A stretch of 64,000 nucleotides of DNA from positions 271,553-335,552 of IMG/VR virus record IMGVR_UViG_3300031957_002643, one strand, 5' to 3'. The notes below the pieces were generated by a model. It saw only the letters and a list, made by a program, of their open reading frames with translations, did no database searches and was not told where the DNA came from. The number at the start of each line of letters is the position of its first letter. Within the stretch, counting starts at the first letter, position 1. The translations under genes were made by a program, and so were the position numbers. This document shows positions 15,574 to 25,233 of the stretch, piece after piece.

Positions 15574-17940
15574 CTATCCGAGATTGAGGTCTGGAAACTG
15601 GTCGTATAAATGAGTTTCAAAACTTTCCTTAGCAGAATCAATATCATAACCAGAGAAACCATAATATGGTTCTTCCATAGATAAGAATTCTTGATCGCTA
15701 TTGTAATTTGGAAGATCATCAAAATAGTAAGACGACCAATGCTCGTGAAAATATGGATCATTAAATGCTTCTAGGATTCGATCTTTTGCAACGACCACCC
15801 AAACCTTGGCGTCATACTCATACTCTTTACTTGTATTTTCGTATGTTGGCTCATATTTCACAGGATTATGATTGCCATCATACTTTGGTGACTGGTACCT
15901 AATTTCGGCATTTAGACTATCAGAAATTTTGAATACAGCTTCATTGATTGCTGATTTGAAATATTCATATGCTTCATTTTCGGCACCGGTTCTTGCACCA
16001 TCCTGATACGCATATTTTGCCGCCGTCTCAAACTCATCGATTTCGCTCATCGCAAAGTCAACAATTTCTCCCAGATCATCTAGATCAATGTCTTCATAAT
16101 CGTCATCTTCATAATTTTCGATAATGAACTTTTTCAATGCTGCATGAATTTCATCCGTCATCAGATCAACGACATCCGAATTATCCGGCGTATCATAACT
16201 TGTGTCATAAAATTCATGGCCGTCACCAACAAGACTACCATAATAGTTTTTCATGAGATCGTTTCCGAACTCGTCAATAAAATCACCGATAGACATACCA
16301 GACGGAGATTCTAGATAGTAATGATTTTTATCGAATGTGCTTAATCCATCATCAATGTTTTCGGAAAGCGCCATGTATCGCTGCATTGCAATTTTGGAAT
16401 CGGTCCCAAACATGTCGATATACGTTTGAAGACTTAATGCGTTTGGCTTGTTCTTTATGAGAATAGACTTTGCTTCTTTTGATAGCCGATCAGCGCCTTC
16501 GAGTGTGATGCGATCTGAATCATCCTCATCCAAATCAACTTCTTCCAGTCCATTAACGTAGTCTATGAATTCTTTTGATTTCACGCCGAACAATCTATCA
16601 AGGTCATAGGCTTCCAAAAAGTCAGGACGAGCGGATTTCAATTTATCCTTTACGCTTTCCTCTTTAATTCTTTCCATAAGACGAGTGAAAGCGTAGCGAC
16701 TATCGATCAATTTCACGTGTTTGATCATTTGTTCCGAGTCGGCACCATAGACTCTCAAAATATCATTTGTTTCTGCAAATTCTGGATGTTTATCAAATAT
16801 ATGACGAAGATAGTTGTCAGAAAGATGTTTTTTCAAATCCATAAATTTTTGACGAGAAGAGATGTTATCAATGTATGTTTCAAGTTCTTGGGAACCTTCT
16901 GGGAAATATCGAACAACTTCTTCCGGTGATGCTAATCCCGGCTTTGCCTTGATGAGTGATCGCGCTTGTGCCTCTGGTAGATCATTAAGGACAAAATTGT
17001 TTTCAGGTTTGTATCCGCCACCATTCATATCATCGATGTAATCGCTTTTCAGAAGTGCAATCAGATATGGATGATATCTCTCATTTGGCTTTTGATTGTT
17101 GTAGCCTTTGATCTCGTAAAGCTCTCTGTCCTTGATCATGGCTGTCACACGAGGAATGACACCCTCTTTTCCAACATCCTGTCTCAAAGAATAAACAGTA
17201 CCGCCATGTTGTGTTCTTGGATCGGTACAGCAGTGCACCATTGCTGTTGCTTCTTGCCGACTTACAGATGTATTCAAATCATACCATGCAAATCCATCAT
17301 TAAAATCAATGATCTTTGTGGCATCATCGGTAACATTCTTGATTGCGCGTTTTGCTCTTGATGCGATTTCTTGGTAATCCTTCTCCAATTTTTCAAAATG
17401 TGACAAAATTTCTTTAGTTGACTGATTTCCAAAAATATAAGCTTGGATTGGATTGTATTGAATTCCTAGAAAATGTGATAGATTTTGCAATCTCTTGAAG
17501 GTATGACCAGATGGTTGATAGTCACTTTCAAGATTGCGAATATCTTCACCAACTTTGACTAGACCCCACATCCCTTGTAGTGATCCTTTTGGTTCTCCTG
17601 CGGCAATAGCACGAGCATAATATGTATTCAAAACTTCGGTTGTTGCCTTGCCGGGTCTGTACTTGTTAGAAACCACGAAATCTAAACAAAGGGCAGCGCG
17701 TGATCTATTGAGAAACCACGTGACCCGATCATTTCTGTTTAACAGAGCAGTTCTAATTCTCTTTACACTATTATTGATCATCTTCTGCGCCGCCAGAGAT
17801 ATGATAGTCGCCTCATCTTCGGATTCGCCACTTGCAACGGCATCTTGATAGCAGGCATTGATGAAGGCTTCGAACATTGGTGCATACTGCTTGCGTTCGA
17901 TTAGTAACTCACCTTCGAATAGATCAATGAGAAATGACAT
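15574..17940 (-). CDS. Large acidic protein with a PcfJ-like domain
   Basis: EATAMVHCC..VYSLR..T..IKGYNNQKP..YHPYLIALL resembles the PcfJ-like motif; N-terminal LFE. Confidence 0.7.
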   Translation of the reverse strand: MSFLIDLFEGELLIERKQYAPMFEAFINACYQDAVASGESEDEATIISLAAQKMINNSVKRIRTALLNRNDRVTWFLNRSRAALCLDFVVSNKYRPGKATTEVLNTYYARAIAAGEPKGSLQGMWGLVKVGEDIRNLESDYQPSGHTFKRLQNLSHFLGIQYNPIQAYIFGNQSTKEILSHFEKLEKDYQEIASRAKRAIKNVTDDATKIIDFNDGFAWYDLNTSVSRQEATAMVHCCTDPRTQHGGTVYSLRQDVGKEGVIPRVTAMIKDRELYEIKGYNNQKPNERYHPYLIALLKSDYIDDMNGGGYKPENNFVLNDLPEAQARSLIKAKPGLASPEEVVRYFPEGSQELETYIDNISSRQKFMDLKKHLSDNYLRHIFDKHPEFAETNDILRVYGADSEQMIKHVKLIDSRYAFTRLMERIKEESVKDKLKSARPDFLEAYDLDRLFGVKSKEFIDYVNGLEEVDLDEDDSDRITLEGADRLSKEAKSILIKNKPNALSLQTYIDMFGTDSKIAMQRYMALSENIDDGLSTFDKNHYYLESPSGMSIGDFIDEFGNDLMKNYYGSLVGDGHEFYDTSYDTPDNSDVVDLMTDEIHAALKKFIIENYEDDDYEDIDLDDLGEIVDFAMSEIDEFETAAKYAYQDGARTGAENEAYEYFKSAINEAVFKISDSLNAEIRYQSPKYDGNHNPVKYEPTYENTSKEYEYDAKVWVVVAKDRILEAFNDPYFHEHWSSYYFDDLPNYNSDQEFLSMEEPYYGFSGYDIDSAKESFETHLYDQFPDLNLG

Positions 17941-17946
17941 TTGGAA

Positions 17947-18282
17947 CTATACCGTCCAAACAACCTCAGAATCATTGGATGATCCGGCTGTTCGTTGAAT
18001 GATCCAGATTGGAAGCGGCTGTTCTTCGACGATTGCGCTGGTGGTATACGAAGCAACTTCAATCCAATCGTCTGCTGCCCTGAATTTACCAAACAGCTTC
18101 AATGTGTCGCCCGAACCAATCTTCACGTACAATTTTAATTTTGCGCCATCGTATCTGTCTTTCCAAATACGAAATCCATCATTGAAACCATCGTCAGTTG
18201 TGGTTTCAAAATCGACCTCAGAACCATAACCACTTCCGTCTTCGTCCGCTGTGGTATAGACTACATAAGATTCAGTCGCCAT
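17947..18282 (-). CDS. Hypothetical late protein
   Basis: 111-aa ORF; AAGGA SD; CTAAATA upstream. Confidence 0.7.
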   Translation of the reverse strand: MATESYVVYTTADEDGSGYGSEVDFETTTDDGFNDGFRIWKDRYDGAKLKLYVKIGSGDTLKLFGKFRAADDWIEVASYTTSAIVEEQPLPIWIIQRTAGSSNDSEVVWTV

Positions 18283-18401
18283 TAGAATATTCCTTTATGA
18301 TTGCAATCATTCTATATTTAGCGAATCTTACTCATTTCATTTGACCCCTCTGTAAAAATGTGTTAACTTGTGTAATCAATTGGTAATAGAGGGTTGACAC
18401 C

Positions 18402-18596
18402 ATGCAACCATTTCGTGCAAAGTCATTCATCGTTCTTGCCCCTAGTGGTAAGAGTATGGTTGATGCAATCGGACAAACGATGACATCTGCTTGGGATAAT
18501 GCAGTAAGCGTTCTCGGAAACAAAATAACAGTTGACAAACTGAAAATACTCGGTTATAAATGTATCCAAGTTGATCTTACGGAAGTAAAACCGTAA
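18402..18596 (+). CDS. Small hypothetical protein
   Basis: 64-aa ORF; GAGG upstream. Confidence 0.45.
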   Translation: MQPFRAKSFIVLAPSGKSMVDAIGQTMTSAWDNAVSVLGNKITVDKLKILGYKCIQVDLTEVKP

Positions 18597-18611
18597 ACAA
18601 GGAGAACACTT

Positions 18612-20834
18612 ATGCGAGTCGATGGTGATAACCGGGCAGTTGCGGTCACGGGTGCTGCTGAGCAAAACAACTTCAGCATCGCAATGGACCAAAAAATCTT
18701 CGATATGCTTTCGAAGAAGATTTACGAGAACCCGGAAGAAGCGGTTCTTCGTGAAATCTGCGCCAACGCCTATGACTCCAATCGTGAAGCCGGTAAGGGC
18801 GATACGCCCATCAAGGTTGTTCTTCCGACTCGTATTGATCCGGTCCTTCGTGTCCGTGATGATGGTCTGGGCATGTCTCATGAATTCCTCATGAAGACGT
18901 ACACTACCTATGGTTCGTCCACCAAAGACGAATCCAATGAATCCATCGGTGGTTTCGGTCTGGGCAGCAAGTCTCCGTTCGCCATCACTGATACCTTCAC
19001 CGTTATTTCCCGTTATAACGGGAAGAAGACTACCTATGCCGCAATCATCGGTGAAAAGGGTATCCCCCAAATCAATTGCCTTGGTTCCGTCGATACGGAT
19101 GAATGCAATGGTGTTGAAGTTATTGTTCCGTGCTCTGAAAGCATGGTCTCTGCCTTCCACCGGGTTGCACCGAAGGTGTTCGAATTTTACGATCCGCTTC
19201 CGAATTTTTCGGGTGCCGATATCCATGATATCAAGGCCAATCGGAATCGTTACTCCCGTGAAACCGAAACCTTTATGACGATTGACATTTCGGATTATAG
19301 CTATCGGCGTCAACATGATGTCCGTGTGCTCATGGGTGTAGTTGCGTATCCGATTTCTCTCGATCAGCTCGAAATGGATCGAAATGTTCGTCATTTTGCC
19401 GAACATATCGGTTTGGTTGTCAAACTGCCGATTGGTTCTGTGCCTCTTGCCCCGTCGCGTGAACGTCTCAACTATGACGAAAATTGCATCAAGGTTCTGT
19501 CTGATGCAGTTAGTGATGCAATTGGTACGCTGATTGATGAAACGCTTGGTCGTCTGCGGACTATCAATGATGTTTTTGATGCAAACGTCGAATTTACCAA
19601 AATTCGCCAAGAATTTTCCTTCATTCCTGAAGAATACGAATTCGAAGGCCGGAAGTATGTGACTGAGAAGTATTTGAAGCTTCCGTATGGTCATCGTGGT
19701 ATCTCGGTTGACAAGAAGCATCGCCATGAGTTCATGGGTGAGCGGATGCCGAAAGGTGGCGGTGATTACCTTCGTCTGCACTACAACACTAATTTTGTGT
19801 TCGTCATTGATGACGTGTTCCGTTGCTTCCGTCGCCATGAACGCATCGAAAGAGCCACTTATGGTTTCGACACGGTGGTGTATGTTTCAGATATCAATAT
19901 CTCGAAGCACAATGAATCTCGTGCGCGCCGTCGCATGGAAGAAGCGGTTCTTTCGCTGTTCTCTGAATTCGGTATCCCGAATGAAAATCAAGTCATCTTC
20001 TTGTCTGAAACGGAAGAAGTGAAGCGCGAGGCGTATCACGGTTGGGCGAAAGCAAATGCTGCTGGTATTCGCAAAATTCATGATTGGTATTTCGGCAACT
20101 CGACCGATTTGATCAATAATAATGAAGTTTCTAGCGCTTCCGAAGAAATTGATGATGTGGACGTACTGCCGGATGAAGCTCTGTATGTCATGATGTCTCG
20201 TGGCATTCCTGAAGTTACCGGTTCTCATTTGTATCACATGGCTTCGTTGCGCGGACTTCCGATCTTTCTGATTCCCAAATCTCTGGCCAAAAAGGTTCCG
20301 TCTTCTTGGACTCCGATGTTGGATGGTCTGGAAGAAGAGATCAAAAAAGTTCGCGTTGGTCGCTACATGAAAATTGCCGCCTATGCCAATACTAGCTCTT
20401 TGACCGGATATAATGATCTGTCCCGTGTGCTGTCTGATATGCATGAACACATCACCGGTATTGAAGCTAAGGATGTTCGTAAGCGCCGTAGCCGTGATCG
20501 CAATTCTGAAAAATATGAATCCATCTACAAGATGATTCAGGCATTGCCGGAACATCCGCTTTCCAAGCTGTACGAATTGTATTTGCTTTCGCTGAAGCAC
20601 AAGCATGATCGCAAGCTGGATGCCATTATCAAGTTTGCGCATGCCGACCGCGAACGTAAAACTGCTTATCGTGTCAAGAAGAAAGTGGATTCTCTGGTCG
20701 AGCAATTCAAAAAAGAAAATTTCGTCTTGAACGATTTTATCGAGCGCCGTTTTCACAATGCTTCTTACGGTGACGATGATGCGAAAAAAGTCCTTGACGA
20801 AATCCTTCGTCAGTACTATAATGTGAACGTCTAA
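18612..20834 (+). CDS. rIIA: RIIA lysis-inhibitor protein
   Basis: GHKL ATPase motifs LSKKIYEN..LREICANAYD, VRDDGLGMS, YGSSTKD and GGFGLGSKSPFA; adjacent to rIIB. Confidence 0.92.
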   Translation: MRVDGDNRAVAVTGAAEQNNFSIAMDQKIFDMLSKKIYENPEEAVLREICANAYDSNREAGKGDTPIKVVLPTRIDPVLRVRDDGLGMSHEFLMKTYTTYGSSTKDESNESIGGFGLGSKSPFAITDTFTVISRYNGKKTTYAAIIGEKGIPQINCLGSVDTDECNGVEVIVPCSESMVSAFHRVAPKVFEFYDPLPNFSGADIHDIKANRNRYSRETETFMTIDISDYSYRRQHDVRVLMGVVAYPISLDQLEMDRNVRHFAEHIGLVVKLPIGSVPLAPSRERLNYDENCIKVLSDAVSDAIGTLIDETLGRLRTINDVFDANVEFTKIRQEFSFIPEEYEFEGRKYVTEKYLKLPYGHRGISVDKKHRHEFMGERMPKGGGDYLRLHYNTNFVFVIDDVFRCFRRHERIERATYGFDTVVYVSDINISKHNESRARRRMEEAVLSLFSEFGIPNENQVIFLSETEEVKREAYHGWAKANAAGIRKIHDWYFGNSTDLINNNEVSSASEEIDDVDVLPDEALYVMMSRGIPEVTGSHLYHMASLRGLPIFLIPKSLAKKVPSSWTPMLDGLEEEIKKVRVGRYMKIAAYANTSSLTGYNDLSRVLSDMHEHITGIEAKDVRKRRSRDRNSEKYESIYKMIQALPEHPLSKLYELYLLSLKHKHDRKLDAIIKFAHADRERKTAYRVKKKVDSLVEQFKKENFVLNDFIERRFHNASYGDDDAKKVLDEILRQYYNVNV

Positions 20835-20849
20835 TGGGAGACTAAAACA

Positions 20850-22166
20850 ATGTCACTGCCGCACATTATTTCTGAACAAAGCGTCACGGTCTATTTCGAG
20901 GACGGAATTCCCGAAACGATTCACCGTGACCACAAGAACTTCGACCGTGTTCTTGGCGCTATCAAGAACGGTCACTGGTCAATCGTTCGCCCCCTCATGA
21001 ACATTCCGAAGGGGATTGAACAGTTCTCCCTTGGCAATGTCTACATCATTGACAATGAATTCTACTTCAAAGGTATGCCGATCACCGGTTATATCGCTGA
21101 ACGTATTGTCGAAATGTTCGAAGAAGGTTTCGACATCAAACCTATGGTTCGATACTTCGAAAACCTGATGATGAACCCGAATCCGCGTGCCCGCGCTGAC
21201 CAATACAAATGGCTGGAAGCAGGCAATATGCCTATCACCGAAGATGGCTATATCATCGCCTACAAGTATGTGGACAAGAATTTCAAATCTTGCCATGCCG
21301 GTGTCTGGGAACAGGACAAGAATGGTGAATGGGTGCACAACAAAAGTGCATCTTACGATCACACGCCCGGTTCTATCGTGGAGATGCCTCGTGAGAAGTG
21401 TGATGACGATCCGAACCGCACTTGTTCATCTGGCCTACACTTCTGTGCATATGGGTATCTCGGTCATTACAGTTCTTCTACGAAGATCGTGATGGTCAAG
21501 GTTCACCCGCGTGATGTGGTTGCAATTCCGACTGACTACAGCTTCTTCAAGGCTCGCTGCTGCCGTTATGAAGTCCTTCAGGAAATCAATACCAACGAAA
21601 CTGGTGATTTCCTTGCGGGCACCAAGGTTGTTCGAGCCGGTCAGGGCGTGGGTCTGGATGACATGATATTCGATCCGACAACGGATACATCCACGATGGA
21701 AGATGGTGGTGTTGATGGTTGGGATTATTTCGATCAAGATGATCATGATGATGCTGACGACGAGTACGACGACGATGAGTATGATGAAGATGATGAGTAT
21801 GATGAAGACGAAGGCGACGAGCCTGAAGCTTTGATCTTCACCCATGAACGCACCAACAAGACGTTCACGGAAGAAGAACTCATCGCGATCTATTCGGAAG
21901 TCGGTTCGACTTACCAGATGGAGAAGCGCATTGGCGTCCCCCGCTCCACGTTGGATGGTTGGATCAAGCGCATCGAAGAAGCACAAGAAGCACGTGATGA
22001 AGTGTCCACTGTCGAACTGTCGTTCACCCATGAGCGCACCGGTAAGACATTCACCTCTTCACAACTTCTCGGTCTTCTGAAGCAATTCGGAACTCCGTAT
22101 CGAATTGAAAAAGAAACTGGTGTGCCTCGTTCTACTATCTCTGGATGGCTCGACCGTATCGAGTAA
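20850..22166 (+). CDS. rIIB: RIIB protein with C-terminal tandem HTH repeats
   Basis: ITEDGYIIAYK, MPREKCDDDPNRTCSSGLH, VKVHPRDVVAIPTDY and ARCCRYEV. Confidence 0.92.
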   Translation: MSLPHIISEQSVTVYFEDGIPETIHRDHKNFDRVLGAIKNGHWSIVRPLMNIPKGIEQFSLGNVYIIDNEFYFKGMPITGYIAERIVEMFEEGFDIKPMVRYFENLMMNPNPRARADQYKWLEAGNMPITEDGYIIAYKYVDKNFKSCHAGVWEQDKNGEWVHNKSASYDHTPGSIVEMPREKCDDDPNRTCSSGLHFCAYGYLGHYSSSTKIVMVKVHPRDVVAIPTDYSFFKARCCRYEVLQEINTNETGDFLAGTKVVRAGQGVGLDDMIFDPTTDTSTMEDGGVDGWDYFDQDDHDDADDEYDDDEYDEDDEYDEDEGDEPEALIFTHERTNKTFTEEELIAIYSEVGSTYQMEKRIGVPRSTLDGWIKRIEEAQEARDEVSTVELSFTHERTGKTFTSSQLLGLLKQFGTPYRIEKETGVPRSTISGWLDRIE

Positions 22167-22217
22167 TCCGCAACTTCCGCCTCTGCATCGTCCATGACTC
22201 GCGTGACGATGCCACCT

Positions 22218-22262
22218 TGCCGCTCTGTGTTTTCCGCGCCTTTGGACACAGAGCGGCATTTT
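22218..22262 (+). terminator. Intrinsic terminator after rIIB
   Basis: 13-bp stem TGCCGCTCTGTGT/ACACAGAGCGGCA followed by TTTT. Confidence 0.7.
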
Positions 22263-22266
22263 CTAT

Positions 22267-22294
22267 TTGACAGATAGTAAATTTGTACTATAAG
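22267..22294 (+). promoter_or_regulatory. Sigma70-type promoter for tRNAs
   Basis: TTGACA-N16-TATAAG. Confidence 0.75.
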
Positions 22295-22305
22295 TAAATC
22301 TGTAT

Positions 22306-22379
22306 GCGGGTGTAGCTCAATGGTAGAGCCACTGCCTTCCAAGCAGAAGACGAGAGTTCGATTCTCTCCATCCGCTCCA
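22306..22379 (+). tRNA. trnG: tRNA-Gly (TCC)
   Basis: GCGGGTG/CATCCGC acceptor, CTGC-CTTCCAA-GCAG, encoded CCA. Confidence 0.93.
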
Positions 22380-22388
22380 AACATTCAT

Positions 22389-22464
22389 GGCGCTGTAGCT
22401 CAGTTGGCAGAGCAGGAGACTCATATTCTCTGTGTCGGCGGTTCGATCCCGTCCAGCGCTACCA
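22389..22464 (+). tRNA. tRNA with CAT anticodon (elongator Met or Ile2)
   Basis: GGCGCTG/CAGCGCT acceptor, GGAGA-CTCATAT-TCTCT, encoded CCA. Confidence 0.9.
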
Positions 22465-22521
22465 AATCTCTTTACAATTGAAATTTCATGTGATATGGTT
22501 TTTGAAACATCAGGATAAGCC

Positions 22522-22890
22522 ATGCTCAAGACTTCACTCTATAAAGCGCCATCCGGTCAATTCATTGATTTGGATCGGATTCTGATTATCGATGTAGTAA
22601 AACATGATAGTGATTTTAATTATGTACATTTTGATGTAATTTTTCAACTTATGGATAAGCCTGTTCATTATGGCTTCGAACCTACTGCGGAGATAGTCAA
22701 TAGAGGTCGGGAACAAACCGAAGTGGAGGTAAAGGAGTTTGTTCGTAACGAGCTGATTGAACTTGCTGAAAAAGAGCGAGATGATCTCATTGCTGCTTGG
22801 AAAAGCTATAAAGATGATACGTTGACTGGAAATGAAAATTTGATTATGCATGCGATTGAAGTTGTTGCTAAAGGAATGATCGATGAGTGA
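22522..22890 (+). CDS. Hypothetical protein, paralog array member 1
   Basis: FIDL..I...RDDLIAAWKSYK. Confidence 0.75.
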   Translation: MLKTSLYKAPSGQFIDLDRILIIDVVKHDSDFNYVHFDVIFQLMDKPVHYGFEPTAEIVNRGREQTEVEVKEFVRNELIELAEKERDDLIAAWKSYKDDTLTGNENLIMHAIEVVAKGMIDE

Positions 22891-23254
22891 TAGTCAAATT
22901 TTTGAACTGGTGGGCGACGCTGATTCGACGTGGTTCATCGATGTTGCCGATTTGGTTTATGTTTCGGAACTCAGCATCAAATCAGTAGAAGTAAGATTTT
23001 ATTTGAGAACTAAATCATTGCCAGAAATAAGATTTGTATCCAGTGTAACTATTCCGTATAGAATGAGTTTGACAGATGCGAGAACTCCCGACGAGATTGA
23101 AAAAATCAAATCAAATATCGAAAATAGAGATCGTTTGATAGAACGATCAAAACAAAATCGACTTGATCTGATTAAGGCGTGGCGCGATCACAGAAGTGGT
23201 GTAATGCTGGCGAATTTTTTAGAAAAAGAAATGGATAACAATAATGTCAACTAG
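22883..23254 (+). CDS. Hypothetical protein, paralog array member 2
   Basis: RLDLIKAWRDHRSGVMLANFLEKE. Confidence 0.75.
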   Translation: MSDSQIFELVGDADSTWFIDVADLVYVSELSIKSVEVRFYLRTKSLPEIRFVSSVTIPYRMSLTDARTPDEIEKIKSNIENRDRLIERSKQNRLDLIKAWRDHRSGVMLANFLEKEMDNNNVN

Positions 23255-23543
23255 CCCGATTTTTATTCTGTATGATGGTGAAGCCATCGATCTGGAAGAG
23301 ATTTGTTATGTTTCCCTGCCATACATCAATGGGGATAGATTGAAATATTATTGCCTGTCTAAAAGAACGAACAATAAAATGTTTGAAGATGTTCAACTTC
23401 CGAGTCAAAATAATGAAAAACGGTCACAACGAGTCAAGGAAGTCAAAGAGCACCGGAAAAAGTTGATCCAAGCATGGAGTGACTATAAGTCCGGTGTGAT
23501 GTTGGCAAACCTCATAGAACAAGAGATTGCTAAAAATGAATAG
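23244..23543 (+). CDS. Hypothetical protein, paralog array member 3
   Basis: RKKLIQAWSDYKSGVMLANLIEQE. Confidence 0.75.
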   Translation: MSTSPIFILYDGEAIDLEEICYVSLPYINGDRLKYYCLSKRTNNKMFEDVQLPSQNNEKRSQRVKEVKEHRKKLIQAWSDYKSGVMLANLIEQEIAKNE

Positions 23544-23829
23544 TCCATTTTTTGAATTCTGTGATGGTTCTGTTGTTGAATTGGAACAGGTCTATCGTGT
23601 GTCACAGCCATATGAAAGTAGTAGTTATGCTACTTTTTACTACGGTTTTACCTATAGAACAAAGGTGAATGATACTGAAATAGAAGTATCTATGAGAGTA
23701 TTAGACACAGAAAAAGAAAATACCATTGAGATTGTGAATAAAAACAGAGAGGACTTTATTAAAGCACTGAATGATCATCGAAGTGGCGTCTTGGTTGCCA
23801 CCCTTTTGGAAAAGGCCATTTCTGAATAA
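23536..23829 (+). CDS. Hypothetical protein, paralog array member 4
   Basis: REDFIKALNDHRSGVLVATLLEKA. Confidence 0.75.
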   Translation: MNSPFFEFCDGSVVELEQVYRVSQPYESSSYATFYYGFTYRTKVNDTEIEVSMRVLDTEKENTIEIVNKNREDFIKALNDHRSGVLVATLLEKAISE

Positions 23830-24629
23830 TGTTCTGGATTGTTCAAGAAGATTTGTACAATGAGTACAAGTATGACGAATTCCTCAATGCTCTTGATCGT
23901 ATGAATATCGATCACGTATTGGTGAAGCCGATTCCATTTACAAACACGCTCGTGAACGAAGATGAAATCCATATCGATGATTCTCAGCCGATTATTGTTT
24001 CGGGTTCTGTCTCATTAGTTCGTGTCGCCAGACGCCGTGGTTGGTTGCCGGGAAGTTTCCATGACCACGATTTCTTTTTTCAAGAGTGGCGAGATGGATT
24101 TGGAAAAGACAATTGTCTAAACGGGCATGCCAAAATCGTAAAGCTCAAAGATGCGACATTCAATGGTCATGATATCTTTGTTCGACCGATTTTGGATAAC
24201 AAGTCCTTTTCTGGTGTAGTCATGAATCGAGAAGAATTTATGTCGTGGCAATCGCATTATGCGTATGTCGAAAGAACGGATGAATTTCAAACACTACATC
24301 AAGATACCGAAATCATGATGTGTCGGCCTAAGAACATCATGGCTGAATATCGATTTTTTGTCGCAGATGGAAAAGTTGTCACTGGCAGTCTTTATGTTCG
24401 TGGTCGTCGCGTTGTCTATGAAGAATGCCATGAAGAAGATGTTATCGAGTTCACGCAATCAATGGTAGATAAATTTCAACCAGCTAAAGCGTTTGTGTTG
24501 GACGTTGCAAGAATCGATGGTGGATTCAAAATTATCGAAGTGAACAATTTCAATTCTGCGGGCTTTTATGCATGTGATGTCGTCAAGATAATTAATGCAG
24601 TAGAAGAAATGACTGAATTTTATTCTTGA
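23829..24629 (+). CDS. ATP-grasp domain protein (DUF4343/R2K-like)
   Basis: IFVRP....KSFSG, EYRFFV.DGKVVTGSLY, AFVLDVA and KIIEVNNFNSAGFY. Confidence 0.85.
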   Translation: MFWIVQEDLYNEYKYDEFLNALDRMNIDHVLVKPIPFTNTLVNEDEIHIDDSQPIIVSGSVSLVRVARRRGWLPGSFHDHDFFFQEWRDGFGKDNCLNGHAKIVKLKDATFNGHDIFVRPILDNKSFSGVVMNREEFMSWQSHYAYVERTDEFQTLHQDTEIMMCRPKNIMAEYRFFVADGKVVTGSLYVRGRRVVYEECHEEDVIEFTQSMVDKFQPAKAFVLDVARIDGGFKIIEVNNFNSAGFYACDVVKIINAVEEMTEFYS

Positions 24630-24654
24630 CGAGAATATAACTACCGTATATAAG
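24626..24654 (+). promoter_or_regulatory. Sigma70-type promoter
   Basis: TTGACG-N17-TATAAG. Confidence 0.75.
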
Positions 24655-24695
24655 AGTTTTCATCGGGATTGGCCCGCACGATTTGGAGAAATTAA

Positions 24696-24839
24696 ATGGC
24701 AAAGAAGACGAATGCATCGAATGCAAGCAATCGGCGTGATCCGGTGAAGAAGCGTACTTCCATCGGCAATTCTACTCGTTCGCGTCCGACGAACAAGCAT
24801 TCGACGTTCAAGCGTACTCGCGGGCAGGGTCGTCCGTAA
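24696..24839 (+). CDS. Small basic protein (47 aa) ending KRTRGQGRP
   Basis: Hand-translated MAKKTNASNASNRRDPVKKRTSIGNSTRSRPTNKHSTFKRTRGQGRP; GGAG SD; the C-terminal RGQG motif is recalled from T4-like phages. Confidence 0.75.
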   Translation: MAKKTNASNASNRRDPVKKRTSIGNSTRSRPTNKHSTFKRTRGQGRP

Positions 24840-24844
24840 GAGTT

Positions 24845-25225
24845 AAGGGAAACTAGGCGTCTGGCCAAGAGGACGTAGGGTCAATCCGCCCAAGCGAAGC
24901 GCGAGATACCCGATAAGCTCAGTGTAGACATGATTAGATCGCTGCAATGTTCGTGTCGTCGGTCTAGTGGAACTTTGCTGGTGGTAGGCGATAAAAAATC
25001 CTACCTGACAAGGATACAAGCAAAACGAACGTATATCGGTTTTGTCGTCGGTCAGGTACCATCAGTTAATACAGTTTGGTAGCAGAGCGCGGAATGGAAT
25101 GCCTTTCGCGGGGTAAGGGCAGCGGAGTAATTGACCGCCAGCTAAATCCCCTCAAGCACCGGGCGCGAAGGACGAGAACAGAGACTCGTTAAGTGACAGT
25201 TTAGCACCTGATCCTACCAATCCAA
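24845..25225 (+). ncRNA. Candidate structured RNA of about 380 nt
   Basis: No ORF. Stems CTGGTGGTA/TACCATCAG (24978/25057), CCTGAC/GTCAGG (25004/25051), CAAAAC/GTTTTG, GCGG/CCGC and ACGAG/CTCGT. Confidence 0.55.
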
Positions 25226-25233
25226 TTTTCTTC

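Noticed and set aside
18423-19838. 471-aa antisense ORF, also 5558-6544, 12514-13416, 19887-20756 and 56745-57575
   Set aside because: These are shadows of well-supported genes (rIIA, rsr, nadV, mucR) caused by codon bias, with no motifs or SD.
22468-22497. boxA-like TCTCTTTACAA after the tRNAs
   Set aside because: Better explained as the -35 of a TTTACA-N17-TATGGT promoter.
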